A stretch of DNA of 64,000 bases from Octopus sinensis. Its lineage: Eukaryota. The notes below the pieces were generated by a model. It had not been told where the DNA came from, searched no databases, and was given only the letters and a program-made list of their open reading frames with translations. How positions within the stretch are numbered: the stretch's first letter is position 1; the number at the start of each line of letters is the position of its first letter. The translations under genes were made by a program, and so were the position numbers. The stretch covers positions 19,282,001 to 19,346,000 of the forward strand of contig NC_043023.1 in NCBI RefSeq assembly GCF_006345805.1, read 5' to 3'. This document shows positions 35,761 to 49,450 of this stretch, piece after piece.

Positions 35761-38700
35761 AGAGAATTTACAAAACTGGTTGATAGCATTTACTGGTGGC
35801 AGGTTCCAAAAGGGATTAATGGTGCAGGTTTGGATCCGAAACAAGGTCCATCTTGCTGTTCCACAGAAATGAAGACCATCGTTAATGAGGTTCGCTGTGT
35901 GAAACAGAAATATATATAAATATATATATATTAAAGAATTGGTTTTAAAAAAGTCCAAATGAAGAAGACTGTGTCGGTGTTGTTTTGGGGGATGCTTTCG
36001 CCCTGTTTTCTGTGACCAACGAAGCAAGGAACCGACCAAGCTGGTGTAGGTGAGACAGCAAGAGGCCAGCAGAGTATGTCTCTCATTTTTTTTTTCTCCA
36101 CGGTTCAATTTTGAAAAAAGGTGTCGGTTGGAAGAGCGGCTGCATACGAAGAGAAACAGAGGAAAGCGAAGCTAAAGAATGGCTGAAATACAAACTGGAA
36201 GATTACAAATACACGTTGAGTGGAAGCAATAAGGAGGAATACGAATTATTGTACAATCATTATACACTTGTCAACATCAAAAGTAATGTCTATAGAATGT
36301 GCTGGTACCAGAGCCAAAGATGCACTTGGAGTAGGGATCCTCGTGTGAGAAACGCAATATGAATAGTTGAATGCAGCTGCTGACAGACGAATGGATAAAT
36401 AAGATGAAGAGCAGATTTAATGCTTTCTTACAAAGCAGTACTGATCTTCATACAAGGACGACACAACCTTGACAAAATGGTGTGAAGAGAGACTTGGTTT
36501 TCTTGTTTCTTTTTAGATGTGTATCCATTATTAAACTATTATTCCGAAATATCGTAGCGGGTTTTGGTACTTTTTTTCGTTTTCTTTCTTTCTTAAAAGG
36601 AAAATATTCGTGAAAGCCAAGCGATTACAGACAATCCTTCTTTCTCACAAAGATATGTGTACGCACCCACAACTATGCACACAACTGTCAGGCAAAGATC
36701 AAAAGAAAAGGGGAACAGACATCAAATATAAAAAAATAAAAGCTTTAATTTGACTTTTTTCTTTTTTTTTTTTTTACTTCGATAATGTTTAAGAATACAA
36801 AGACTATCACCATCGGATTCCGTGAAGAAACCATCATCGATATTTTACAAATAGAACAGACTCCTTACAAAACTTTTCAAAATTGGGAGAACAATATACA
36901 GTATATATATATATACATAAACATATATATATATATATATATTTATAAATTTTAATATAAAAGATACTCTTTCACTAAATGGTGTATAATTCTACATTTA
37001 GTTTTATATATATATCATCATGTATGTACATATATACACACGTATATATCACAAGGTTTGCTTTTTATGTTAATTTTTATATGTAGACATATACACACAT
37101 ACACATGCTTACAAATATATACACATGTATGTGCATATATATTTATATATATCACAGATATTGGTATGTCAATAATTTTATACATAAATATATCACAGTA
37201 TCGCTTACAAAATTACAATTTGGTATCTAAATAATTTTCGTTTTTATAAAAAACCTTAATCGTTATACAGATAGACATGTCTTAAAGGTTAAATTTCAAG
37301 TTAGCTTCTTTATCAAATTATCATTATTATAGTTTTATAATTAAATATTTTTCCAAACAAACAGAATACATATTTGATTCAATTACATAGTCACTGTTCC
37401 ATGGAATTAGGTGGACCGGAAGCGATCATATGCAACAAATTTTTGGTCAAAGTTTCAATTTACTTCTCAAAGAACCACAGATGTTTCTCAATTTGGTTTT
37501 TGATTTACATAACTAGCAGCTGGCTAGAAAGAAAAACATACAGACAAGACATACATAGACTGGGTGGCGTATGTCTTTAGTTAGTTCGATCTGATACAAT
37601 CCAGTCCAGTCCGGTTCGGTCCAATCCAATCCGATCCGAGAGAATTTGGTCAAGAGATCGAAAATTACAAATTTTACATCAAAGTCAAGCACGGAAATCC
37701 ATCCCAAACGATGGGGTTACACGTATGTTCTATTATTGGTGAACAGATTACCAGCAGTCACATTTAACAAAACGGTTAATGTTTACGTTTACTGTCCAAT
37801 GATAGTTAACAATACATTAAAACAGGAGGGATTTAGTTATTTAATTGCCCTGAGGAAAATGTCCAAGGAGGCAGCATTATGAGAGACACAAGAAATAAAA
37901 CATCAGTCTTTGAAGAACAGGTGTATATATGATAGAATATAGTTGGGAGAAAAGAGATGAGAGTGATTTTATGCATGTTGGTGAATGAGTATGTATGTAG
38001 GTAGATATGCATGTTAAAAGACAGATGGGTTATCCACATACACGCCCACATTCTCGAACACAAATAGGGAAACACTTTCAAACCGAACAATACAGTGTAG
38101 AGTGAAAAGATGGAATGTGAAGTTTATGATGACAAAGATTACAATTCATATCGAGTTTAAAACCAGGCCAATGATGCATACATGCACAAAAATAGACGTA
38201 GATATATACTTTCACATTCATATACACATGTATATACACAAACACATACACACTCTCGCATCATATCAAGAAATGGATTTTGTTTTACCTTAACAACATG
38301 TGAATGGCTGGCATTCCTAAGACTTTCATACAGCAGGGGTTAGTCACAAAACCACAGAGTGTGACCATCATAAAAGTGAGGGCAAAGCCCTCAACAAGTC
38401 CTCAAAGGTACATAAGCTGACAATAAACCTCATTTCACAGCAAAATCAAGAGAATCATAACATTACATATAATCGTAATTATATACCACTTAATTTACAA
38501 ATTACTTCAAACAATCAAGCACATTATCAACTCTTATCTATACATCAAATCAAGATGGTATATCTTGCTATAAAACACTAGACACTCGTAGCAAGTCACC
38601 TAACCATCGCTGACTGTGCTAAGTTACAAAGCAAGTTCTGGGACGGTTTTTTTTTTACATACGAGGTAACCAGTGACAAGGAAAAAACAGTTGTATTGTA

Positions 38701-38897
38701 GGGAATAAAATGCTTCAATACTTAGTTTGGATCGGCTCGTGGTGATGTCCCTTCGAGGAATAATTGTTGGTACGCCTGCCTGGTCCAAACACTATTCCAA
38801 CATGCGTTAGTTTTGTACAAGCTGACCATAGTTTACAAGCACATACCAATTCATTTACAACTATATTATAAATGCATTTACATCTATATACAGACAT

Positions 38898-38942
<45 letters not shown>

Positions 38943-39291
38943 CATACATACATATATATATATGTATATAGCTCGTAGATGAGAATCAGATGTTCTCTGT
39001 ATACAATACACTTAGTAGTGCTCAAGAGGTTTAAACTTGAGTGGGTACAGAAATAAATATAGAGCTAAGCAAGTTAGACTGGTCAAAATATATATGAACG
39101 TGTGTGTGTACGTACTGCATTCTATTGGTGTCTTTTGCCAAACCACAAAGTTAAAAACCAGCATTGGTTATCAAGCGGAGGCAGGTACAAGACCAGACAC
39201 AAAGCGCACCGCACACATACACACACGCTCAGACATATGTTTGTATATATTGACCTGTCTAACTTGCCTATCTCTACATTTACTATATATC

Positions 39292-39333
<42 letters not shown>

Positions 39334-39848
39334 CGTGTGTATGTGTATATAGAATACTACAAAGACATTTAAGGAAGGTACGCTTACAATATACATGTTA
39401 TTCGCTGCTGTGGTACAGAAGATAAAATCAGAATGAGTTTTATATTATATATATATATATATATACACACACACATATATATATACACACACACATATAT
39501 ATATATATACATACATATATATATACACACACACATATATATATACACACACACATATATATATATATATACACACACATATATATATATATACACACAC
39601 ATATATATATATAAATATAAAAAAGGTAGGATAAGAAACAAAATTGTTCTTAACACGAAATGGTTTTACACATTAATGCGTTAACAAGAAATTTTACACA
39701 TAGGATGAAAAAAAAAAAAAACTTTCTTTTTCTTTTAAAAATCCTGCAAGAATGTCTTTCTTGTATTTCATATAAGTTAGATCTCCTGAAAATGAAAAGA
39801 ATATTTAGGAGTAACAGAAGAAACAATCAAAGGACAAGAACAGTGTAT

Positions 39849-39881
<33 letters not shown>

Positions 39882-41675
39882 GTAATATACATGCTGCACA
39901 GAATACTATGACATACAATAAAATTTAGTGTTGAATGAGTAAATGTGCATATATTTAAAATATATACGCATATACACAAACACATGTATCTTATTCTTTA
40001 TATGTTTCAGTCAGCAGTCGCAGGACTGTGGCCATGCTGGGGCGATATATAGTCCATGAAGTGGATATAGAAAAACCTGACAAATAAGAAGAGTCTGGTA
40101 CAGAAAGGTGAAATTCGGACAGACGTAATCGCAAAACTGTACACGTGTCATTTCTGAATATGGCTGCGGTTAGAACGAATCAGATAATTTTAGAACGATC
40201 ACAGAAATAACAGAGATCAATGAATAAATAAATAGATAGATATATAAATAAATAAAAGCTGGAGTGTTGATGCTGTGAAATCCTCGGAGTCCTTGAAAAT
40301 GTGCTTTATAAATTTAGTAGTTGTACATGTTGGGTAGAACAGAAGAAAACATCTGAATGAGATAGCGGTACCACAAGCAGCATCAATATGCTCAAGGATA
40401 TGAATGGAGATGTTGGGCGGCTGATTTCTGTAAAATCACGGCTGAAAGAAGACGGGGTTTTTTTTTTGTTTATGATAGAATTGTGCCTTTGGTTTCAATG
40501 GTGGTAGATTTTTGTATGTAATGCCAGCAAAGGAAATTTATTCGACGCGAAACAGGTGCAACAAGAAAGATGAAGACATCCGCAACAACAGAAATTTCAG
40601 AAGCTTGTGTAAGCTGCCAGTTAGGTGGAAGGAAGCCTTATCCTGATGATGGCAGCCGCAAGTGGCCACCCTGTCTGCGGCAGCGAAACGCTTTTTACAG
40701 AAAGAGAGAAAGAACAACCTCAAACTACAGGCAATGATATGGCTCAGGTTAAAAACCAATTGTTCGAACAAACAGACATAAGTACCAAATGGGGTCTCCC
40801 GATGCTGGTGGGTTTTAATGAAATCGTTCATCAAATAACAATGCTTTGAAATTAATACAAAACTACACAGGTGCTGGCATTAATATTGCGACTCAAATTC
40901 TTCATCAATTTACCTTAATTATTGTTATCATTAACATTATTAACATAACAGATTTACATTAGACAATACAGCAGAAAGGAACGCTTATGCAAATTAGCTG
41001 AAAAGCAATAACAACATAATATATTGTTTCTTTACACAATAAGTGGAAAATTAACATCGACTGGTTATGTGACAGACATAGATATATATATACGTAATCT
41101 GATGTAAACAGGTTTCCTACATTTTGAAGAAGGTAATTAATAAAAATAAACCAGCTTCAGACATTAATTAAGGGGAAGAGGAAATAAATGTTTCCATTTT
41201 AAATGATTGACAAAATTTTTGTATTCCAGATAAATGCATCACGTAGGTTAATTTTTAATTAATATAATTAATATTTAATTAATTCCAAAGAATAAAACAG
41301 AAGGATGCATTTGGTCTTAAAAAGAATAATAAAAATAAAGACTTACAAATAAAATTTTAAAAATGTACTTATACAAAAAAAAAAAAAAGGTGGGGCGAAA
41401 AAAGACCTGTAGACATTAAATAGATACAGACGGGTGGTGAGATATATCTCGGCAGAAAGCTCACACCAAGGCATTGTAGATATTTTAATGCTGAATCACA
41501 AAATCAATACAGCAGTGAATAAAGTATGTAAAATAATTGGGTTTAAAAAAAGAACGAAGAAAAAAAAACCCTTTGGTCAGGTAAAAAAGAATGGGCTGAC
41601 GGCCACCTTCGGAACTTGAATTCCTTACCTATATAGCAATAATTAACCCTTTTTGTTGAAATGCATTGACTTTGT

Positions 41676-42157
41676 TTAACCCTTTCGTTACTGTATTTAT
41701 TTTAAGATTCTCTGTGTTTCTTTCAATTAAATTTAAATATAACAAAGAATTTAGTAAAATAACTTAGTTATCATTAAGCTAGTGTTAGGAACGTAAATTG
41801 TGACTAAGGTTTGGTGGAAGATTTTAATTCAAAACTTATGAAAACAAGACATTTTTACTACAGAGCCAGAGGTGGTTTCAGCCGGGTTGGTATCAAAAGG
41901 GTTAAGAATTGTTTCTCTATTATATATTTTAACCCTTTTGTTACCATATTTCTGTTGAGATGCTCTGTGTTTCTTTCAATTAATTTTAAATATAACAAAG
42001 AATTTAGTAAAATAACTTAGTTATCGTTCAGCTAGTGTTGGGAATATAAATTGTGACTAAGGTTTGGTGAAAGATTTTAATTCAGAACTTATGAAAACAA
42101 GACATTTGTACTCAAAGCCAGAGCTGGTTTCAACCAGATTGGTAACGAAAGGGTTAA
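41676..42157 (-). mobile_element. piggyBac-type MITE dimer (reverse orientation)
   Basis: Same two units with the reverse-complement spacer gaattgtttctctattatatatt between TTAAs. Confidence 0.8.
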
Positions 42158-42830
42158 ATAATGAAGAATTTAGTGAAATCACTGGCATTATTAAATTGAA
42201 GTTTGAAACATAAAATTTCAATGGAAGTTTTTAATTTAAATCACTTAAACCCTTTTGTTACCATATTTCTATTTAAAATACACTGTGTTTAAATTATTTT
42301 TGAAAATGAAGAATTTAGTAAAATAAGTGTCCTTATGAAGCTGCCGTGTGGAACATAAATTGACAAGAAATTTTGATTGAAGGTTTTAATTTTGATCACT
42401 TTATCCCTCGTTACCATATTTCTACGGAATACACTGCTTTAGTTTCAATTAATTTTACAGAATGAAAAGTTTAGTAAAATAACTTTGCCGTCATTAACAA
42501 GCTGGTGTTTGGAACATATGAAATTTCGATGGAAGATTTTTCATTCAGAACCCTTTTGTTACCATATTTCTGTTGAAATCCACTGCCTTTATTTCAATTT
42601 AATTTTTCAAATAATGGAGAATTTACTAAACTTTATCCTTATTAAAGCTGATGTTTGGAACATAAAAATTTTGGTGGAATGTTTTTGACTTAGATCACGT
42701 TAACCTTTTCCAATTAATTATAAAAATAATAACGAATTTAGTAAAATAACTTAAGCTGGTGTTTGGAACAAATTAACATGAAATTTTGACAGAAGGTTTT
42801 AATTTAGTTCACATTAAAAAATACAATGTT
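42158..42830 (-). mobile_element. tandem degenerate copies of a related AT-rich MITE subfamily
   Basis: Repeating gaatttagtaaaataac...gctggtgtttggaacataa...cccttttgttaccatatttct. Reverse copies lie at ~26810-27185 and flank 9570-10258. Confidence 0.65.
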
Positions 42831-42913
42831 TGTATAACAGAAACAGGGGCAACAACAGACAGGCTGGTATCAAAAGGGTTAACATTTTTTTTAACCTTTT
42901 TCTCTTGTATGTA

Positions 42914-43317
42914 GTAGTAGTAGTAGTAGTAGTAGGAGCACTCCGTCGGTTACAACGATGAGGGTCCCAGCTGATACGATCAACAGAACAGCTTGCTCGT
43001 GGAATTAACGTGCAAGTGGCTGAGCACTCCACAGACACGTGTACCCTTAACGTAGTTCTCGGGGATATTCAGCGTGACACAGAGAGTGACAAGGGTGGCC
43101 CCTTTGAAATACAGGTACAACAGAAACAGGAAGAAAGAGTGAGAGAAAGTTGTGGTGAAAGAGTACAGCAGGGTTCACCACCACCCCCTGCCGGAGCCTC
43201 GTGGAGCTTTAGGTGTTTTCGCTCAATAAACACTCACAATACCCGGTCTGGGAATCGAAACCGCGATCCTACAACTGCGAGTCCGCTGCCCTAACCACTG
43301 GGCCATTGCGCCTCCAC
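42914..43317 (-). mobile_element. full-length tRNA-derived SINE (family E) with 13-bp TSD
   Basis: Head with A box TGGCCCAGTGG and B box GTTTCGATTCC; (CTA)n tail; TSD tctcttgtatgta at 42901-42913 and 43318-43330. Confidence 0.9.
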
Positions 43318-44080
43318 TCTCTTGTATGTATGTATGTAACCCTGGACAGAAAATACAAGTCCTTCACGTGGCTCCAGACCCCCTCCAAGGTTATTTTTCA
43401 AACCCAATATATTTTACATTGTTATTTATTGCAGTATCACCTTGTGATTCACTATTAAAATTATTTATTTCATAACCCAATGCTTTCACATTTCCATAAT
43501 ATATAATTATCAGCGTTTAATATCTGTTTCCCATGCTGGCATTGGGTGGATGGTTCGTCAGCAACTGAAGAACAAGAGAACTGTACCAAGCTCCAATGTC
43601 TGTTTACATATGATGTCTATGAATGGATGCCTTTCCTAATAATGCCAACCACTTTACAGAGTGCACTGGGTGCATATTTTGTAGCAGCGGAACTAACGAG
43701 GCTACTAAGTAATTAACCAACAACAGAAGGGCCCACAGCTGAATGGGGGTGTAGGATTGAGAGAGGTAGCTTTGTGCCAGGTGTTGAGAGGCCAAAGATA
43801 GAGGGGACAGCAACAGGTGTCATGCTGAAGAGGGGATTCATGGCTGTTTCAGACGGAAAGAGAGATGTATATATGGGTTTCAATAACAAAGTATTGCCCA
43901 ACAAGATTACAGCTGTTTCAATGCATTTATCTTTTACTTGTTTCAGACCAGTGTTTCTCAACCTTTTTACCCTTGCGGAGCCCTTAAAATAAATTACATG
44001 TCTCAAGGAACCCCTGCACAAAAGAAATTACATACGAGATCTTTCAGGGTTTTTCACAGTAGTTCACATGGTATATATAT

Positions 44081-44111
<31 letters not shown>

Positions 44112-44123
44112 CACATATATATA

Positions 44124-44192
<69 letters not shown>

Positions 44193-44886
44193 TATATATT
44201 ATATATATATACACATATATATGGTGGTTATATTTTTTTGATAACATAATAGGTTAGATAGGATGATGTTTATATTACAATAACCAACAGCATGTTGTAC
44301 ATGTTGAGAAATACTGCATTAGACTGTGGCCATGCTGGGGTATCACCTCCAAGAATTTTTGATTGAATGAATCAACACCAAAAATTTTTGTTTTTTAAAG
44401 CCTAGTACTTATTCTATCAGTTTCTCTTGCTGAACTAAGTTATGGGGATGTAAACAAACCAACACCAATTGGTGATGGTGAACAGACATAAAAACACACT
44501 CACATATACAATGGGCTTCTTTCGGTTTTTGCCTACCAAATCCACTCAAGGATTTGGTTGACCCAAGGCTATAGTAGAAGACATTTGCCCAAGATACCAC
44601 ACAGTGGGACTGAACCCAGAATCATACGGTTGGGAAGCAACCTTCTTACCACACAGCTGTGCCTACCCATGCTTGCACCCTGTGTGTGTGTGTTTGTGGA
44701 TCTTTTCAAAGGCAATATTCTGTGGTACCATAGCTTTGACGATAAGCCTAGAAACATCGAAACAGCTGCTGAGATGGTCACTGGCTGATGCTACACTGTC
44801 AGCAACAGAAGCTCTTAGCTTCACACTGATGAAGTACTAAGCATTTCCTTCACACACACAACTTACTTGATATTAAATAAAGATTT

Positions 44887-44921
<35 letters not shown>

Positions 44922-45544
44922 TAATAACAAAGGGTAAAATTAATTAAGTAGTAATCAATAATTTCACCAAGTAGAATTCGGCATGAAAAAGGACCATTTC
45001 ATGGTATGTAGTAAAGCAAACCTTTGCTGAACCCTAATTATAAAGTATATATATATATATGTATGTATATATATATACACACACACACACACGTGCTTGT
45101 GTGTATATGCCTACAAACATATAAGTAATTTAGTCCAATGACTATATTTTTTACCGTTAACATATATCAGTAATTTTAATGTTCAACAGGCCCGAATTAA
45201 CTTAAAAACAAATTAATTTGCAGTAATTAAAAAATCATAGTAAAATAAATGGAAAAAAAAAAAAGAAAAATTTCTTAAAAAAAGGAAAAAATCTCGAAAC
45301 AAAATTTCTTAAAATAAATAAGAAAAAACACCATTATTTTTGTTCCCTGGTCCCCAAGAAAATTGCAATTTCTGCAATGCATTGACCCCATCTTTAGACA
45401 TGAAACAATTTCTTATTTTTTAACAATATTTACATCTACACCATGTTTCAATCAGTATGTTCCTCAACAGGTGTCTTTTTCCAAATTGTGTACACAGAAC
45501 TGGACAGTATTCAACCTAGGAACCATTATTATTATTATTATTAA

Positions 45545-45735
45545 GGCTGCAGACTGGCAAAATCGTTAGCATGCCAAGCAAAATGCTTAGCGGCATTTCA
45601 CCCGTCTCTGAATTGCGAGTTCAAATTCCACCAAGGTTGAGACTTTACTTTCCATTCTTTTGGGTCCAATAAAATAAGTCCAGTTGAACATTCTCCAAAT
45701 TTCAGGCCTTGTGCCTATAGTAGAAAGGATTACTT
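45545..45735 (+). mobile_element. family B SINE (sense on +)
   Basis: Head gcagactggcaaaatcgttagc and tail ccttgtgcctatagtagaaaggatt. Confidence 0.75.
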
Positions 45736-48079
45736 TTATTATTGTTTAGCTTAATGCAGTCTTGTTTTTATCAATTAGTTTTAAAAATACAGATATCTAT
45801 CTATTACCACAAACATCATTTAACGTTCATGTTTGGAAGCTTTGGCATAGGTTCTATAGCTGGATGCCCTTCCTAATGCCAACCACTTTACAGTGTATTA
45901 CTGGGTGCTTTTTTTGTGCCACCAGTACAAGCGAGGTTGCTATGTAGCTTGCAGCTTTATGCTAGGGTTGAGATATGAGAGAAGAGAGATGGGCAGCGCA
46001 GGTTCTTACTGTAGAAGAGCTATATGGCTGCTCATATTTAGAGGAAAGAGAGTGAAAATGAAAGTGATAGCTGTGAAGAGATAAAAAGGGGGTGACGGGC
46101 TGTCTAGGTGACACCTCAAGGGATGTAGGAGGGAGGTACCCCCACCTCAGTCAAGTAAAGCAGATTAGAAAACCATCAATAGCAATCAGAGACCAAACCT
46201 TACTGAAGTACAGTGTAGTTGTAAATGTCGTTTTAAAAAAAAAGAAATTTCTCTTATTAATTGAAAATGAAATAAATGTTTCATCTCTCAAGATGATGTC
46301 AACAACTTAATTTAGATGCGTTTCCTAAGTTAAAAAAAAAAAAAGGGTGGGGGGAAAAAAAACACAAAAAATATTGTTAGAATCACAGACAAAAAAAAAA
46401 GCAAAAAAAAAAAAAAAAAGGAAATTTTTAAAGATTTATAAAAAGTGAATGTTGAATGTTTAAAAATTTGAAAACAATATGACAATATAGAAATTTATAA
46501 ATTGACCCCTGAATGCAAAATGTCTGAAGTGGTCGGAAACCTTTGTTTACAACATAATGACAATTTATTTAATATCCCTCTTGTTTTCTGGAAATTACAG
46601 TGAGACAAAAGTTGTTTAATAGAATAAATAAATTATACATACATGTAATATTATCATATACATACACATATATATATATATTATATATATTTATATATTA
46701 TATATATACACATACATACAGCAAGGACACTAATGTAAGTTATACAAAACAGGTGTGATAGAATAAGTTAAAGATCATTTCGTTAAATGATACGTTGCAG
46801 ACATAATTAAAATGAAGTTAACGAACATTACAAAGAATTAACTACATACACGTATTCTATGTACAGAAGCAGATCTATGTATGTGTAAGCAGAGACACAC
46901 ATCACATATATATATATATACACGCACACACACTCACATAAATATATAGGTACGAGTGTGTATATATGTTTGTTTGTGCGTGTGTATATATATAATATAC
47001 ACGTACATTACCGAACACAATTCAAAGGACAAGGGTTGACAAATTACCCCCAGAGGTTCCACAGAATGTTTATAAACTGAAAGATTTTTTACTAGTCACA
47101 AGGTTGCAGGTTCAAATCTTACTCAATACAATTCTCGGAAATACTATTCATAGATATACTCGGAGTACAAACATTGAAGTAATGAGGGAGACAGGCGAAA
47201 AAAAAAAAGTACATACAAATATAAATATAAAAGTACACACAAACACACACATATATACATTGTTCAATAACCCTAGGCATAAACCTAATTTTTAAAATAC
47301 ACATACATAGATTCCTATATTTGTTGCTGTTGGGTAGGTGAAACTAAAAGTAGCAAATACATAACCATTTTTTCCTGTATGAAGACTTTATAAATACATT
47401 TTTGCAGTGTAGTAGAGAGTTCTCTTTGTGTTATCCTATTACCATAAGGTGTATGTTTGTATATACATAAAGCAACAGATGTATATAAGAGAGATAGAAA
47501 GACAGATAAAGAGACAGAAGGAGAGAGAAAAAATAGAGATAAGTGTTTGTGTGTGTGTCGCTATTCTTTATGGAGACAATCTAACAAACAATAATAATAA
47601 TAAAAAATTGTAGCAAAGCTTGAACAATCAGCAGACATCAGATAAGGGTCAATACCCAGTGAGAACTCGATCGTGGTATAATTCTCTGGCTTTCCAGAAA
47701 TGTTGACATTGTTTACATCAAATCACGATTATATCGTATATACACATGTACACAAATATACCTACATACATACGCAGACACACACGTGCACATATAGAAC
47801 CCATGCTCGCAGAAATATGCATAAACACGTACAAATGCATGTATACATATATATTCAGACAAGTATGTGTATATTCACTTTCATATACATACATACTCAT
47901 ATTCAGATACACACACACATACACACAGATTCACAGTAATATACAACTAGATTGGACATCAAAATCTGTGTTTTTCTTTTTTCTTTTCAATACAATATAT
48001 TTAAATAAATATAATATTATATATACAAATTGAGATCACTAAGAAATATATATATATATATACAGATAGATATACATAT

Positions 48080-48243
48080 ATACCTGTCATATATACACTT
48101 GTTATATATACATATACATATATATATATACCTGTCATATATACACTTGTTATATATACATATACATATATATCTGTCATATATACACTTGTTATATATA
48201 CATATACATATATATCTGTCATATATACACTTGTTATATATAC

Positions 48244-48282
<39 letters not shown>

Positions 48283-48300
48283 CATATATATATATATATA
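48080..48300. repeat. ~40-bp minisatellite x4 plus (TA)n
   Basis: ctgtcatatatacacttgttatatatacatatac repeated. Confidence 0.8.
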
Positions 48301-49020
48301 CTTGTCTGGACAGTTACGTAATGGTAACCATAACACCAGGTCATTCAGTACAACAGAAAAATTTTGATTTAAAATTTCCAGATAAAAAGAAAAAAAACTT
48401 TTAAAAATTGCTTCAGATAATTTCGAAAATTGAAATACAATTATTTATATGCAAAAAAAAACCGAAAAAAAAAAACACAAAGACAAAAGAAAAACAAATG
48501 CTCAGTAAGTAGGTACCACACGGCAGATGGTCTTCATAGCTGCTCGCAGCAAGCGAACTGAAAAAAAATAAAAAATTAGTGTTTTATTGGTTTTTTTTTA
48601 TTAATTTTTTTTTTTGTTATAAAAGATAGACATGGGAGGATAGCAAGTAGCTGTGAACCCATTATAGGACTTCTCATTCCCCCATCCCCAACCCCACCAC
48701 CTAATCTTCTGAGACTGATGCAGATGAGTACAGAAAGACGCAAGGAAAAAAACTAGGGTCCGGCTCAGCTGTGTTGGGTCACGCGTTTTAATTCCTGTAG
48801 AATCCTACTGAAAATTATGTCAGTCGAAAGAAACCCAGTCCATTAACAAGTCTGTTGGGAAACAGAAATGAATGATAGAAAAGCATCAGAGCTTGTCTCC
48901 CTTACATTAAAGAGGGGTTCCTTAATTCATGGCAAATGAATGTAAATAATGTTAGTAAGACTCTTGTGATATCATGCATTTTTGGACTGGCTCATTGATG
49001 AAATCCTGTGCAGTGTAGCA

Positions 49021-49450
49021 TGATGATCATCATCATCGTTTAACGTCCGCTTTCCATGCTAGCATGGGTTGGATGGTTTAACTGGGGTCTGGGAAGCCAG
49101 AAGGCTGCACCAGGCCCCAGTCTGATCTGGCAGTGTTTCTACAGCTGGATGCCCTTCCTAACGCCAACCACTCCGTGAGTGTAGTGGGTGCTTTTTACGT
49201 GCCACTGGCACAGAGACCAGATGAAGCTGGCAATGGCCACGATTGGATGGTGCTTTTTACCTGCCACCGGCACAGGGGCCAGTTAGGGCGGCGCTGGCAA
49301 CGGCCACGATCGGATGGTGCTTTTTATGTGCTACTGGCACGGAGGCCAGTCAGGGCGGCGCTGGCAACAGCCACGTTCGGATGGTTCTCTTACGTGCCAC
49401 TGGTATCACAGCTACAAATTCCAGTGATGTTGATCGATTGCGATTTTGAT
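49021..49450 (-). mobile_element. family C element
   Basis: Reverse copy with a (CAT)n start and internal repeats. Confidence 0.8.

Larger units (their letters stand above)
44900..48557 (-). other. candidate terminal 3' UTR exon of CPSF6
   Basis: Strong acceptor: branchpoint ACTAAT, then tttttattttttttcag| at 48558. It is followed by several kb of U-rich non-coding sequence on the minus strand. The 3' end is not defined. Confidence 0.4.

Noticed and set aside
36111-36362. 83-aa ORF with protein-like composition (EAKEWLKYKLEDYKY...)
   Set aside because: TTG start, no convincing splice sites and no family recognised; a TBLASTN search would settle it.
38742-38825. Possible C/D box snoRNA (GTGATGT...CTGA, 84 nt)
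   Set aside because: Box C is imperfect, there is no terminal stem in k-turn register, no recognisable rRNA guide, and it lies opposite the host-gene strand.
40620-40700. CTGATGA...gccgca/tgcggc...GAAAC hammerhead-like string
   Set aside because: There are two extra nucleotides before stem II, no valid stem III or NUH site (GUG upstream, none downstream), and stem I is poor. It is at most an ordinary hairpin.
43235-43317. tRNA-like sequence with A and B boxes
   Set aside because: It is a SINE head: no proper acceptor or anticodon stems, and it is continuous with the SINE body, tail and TSD.
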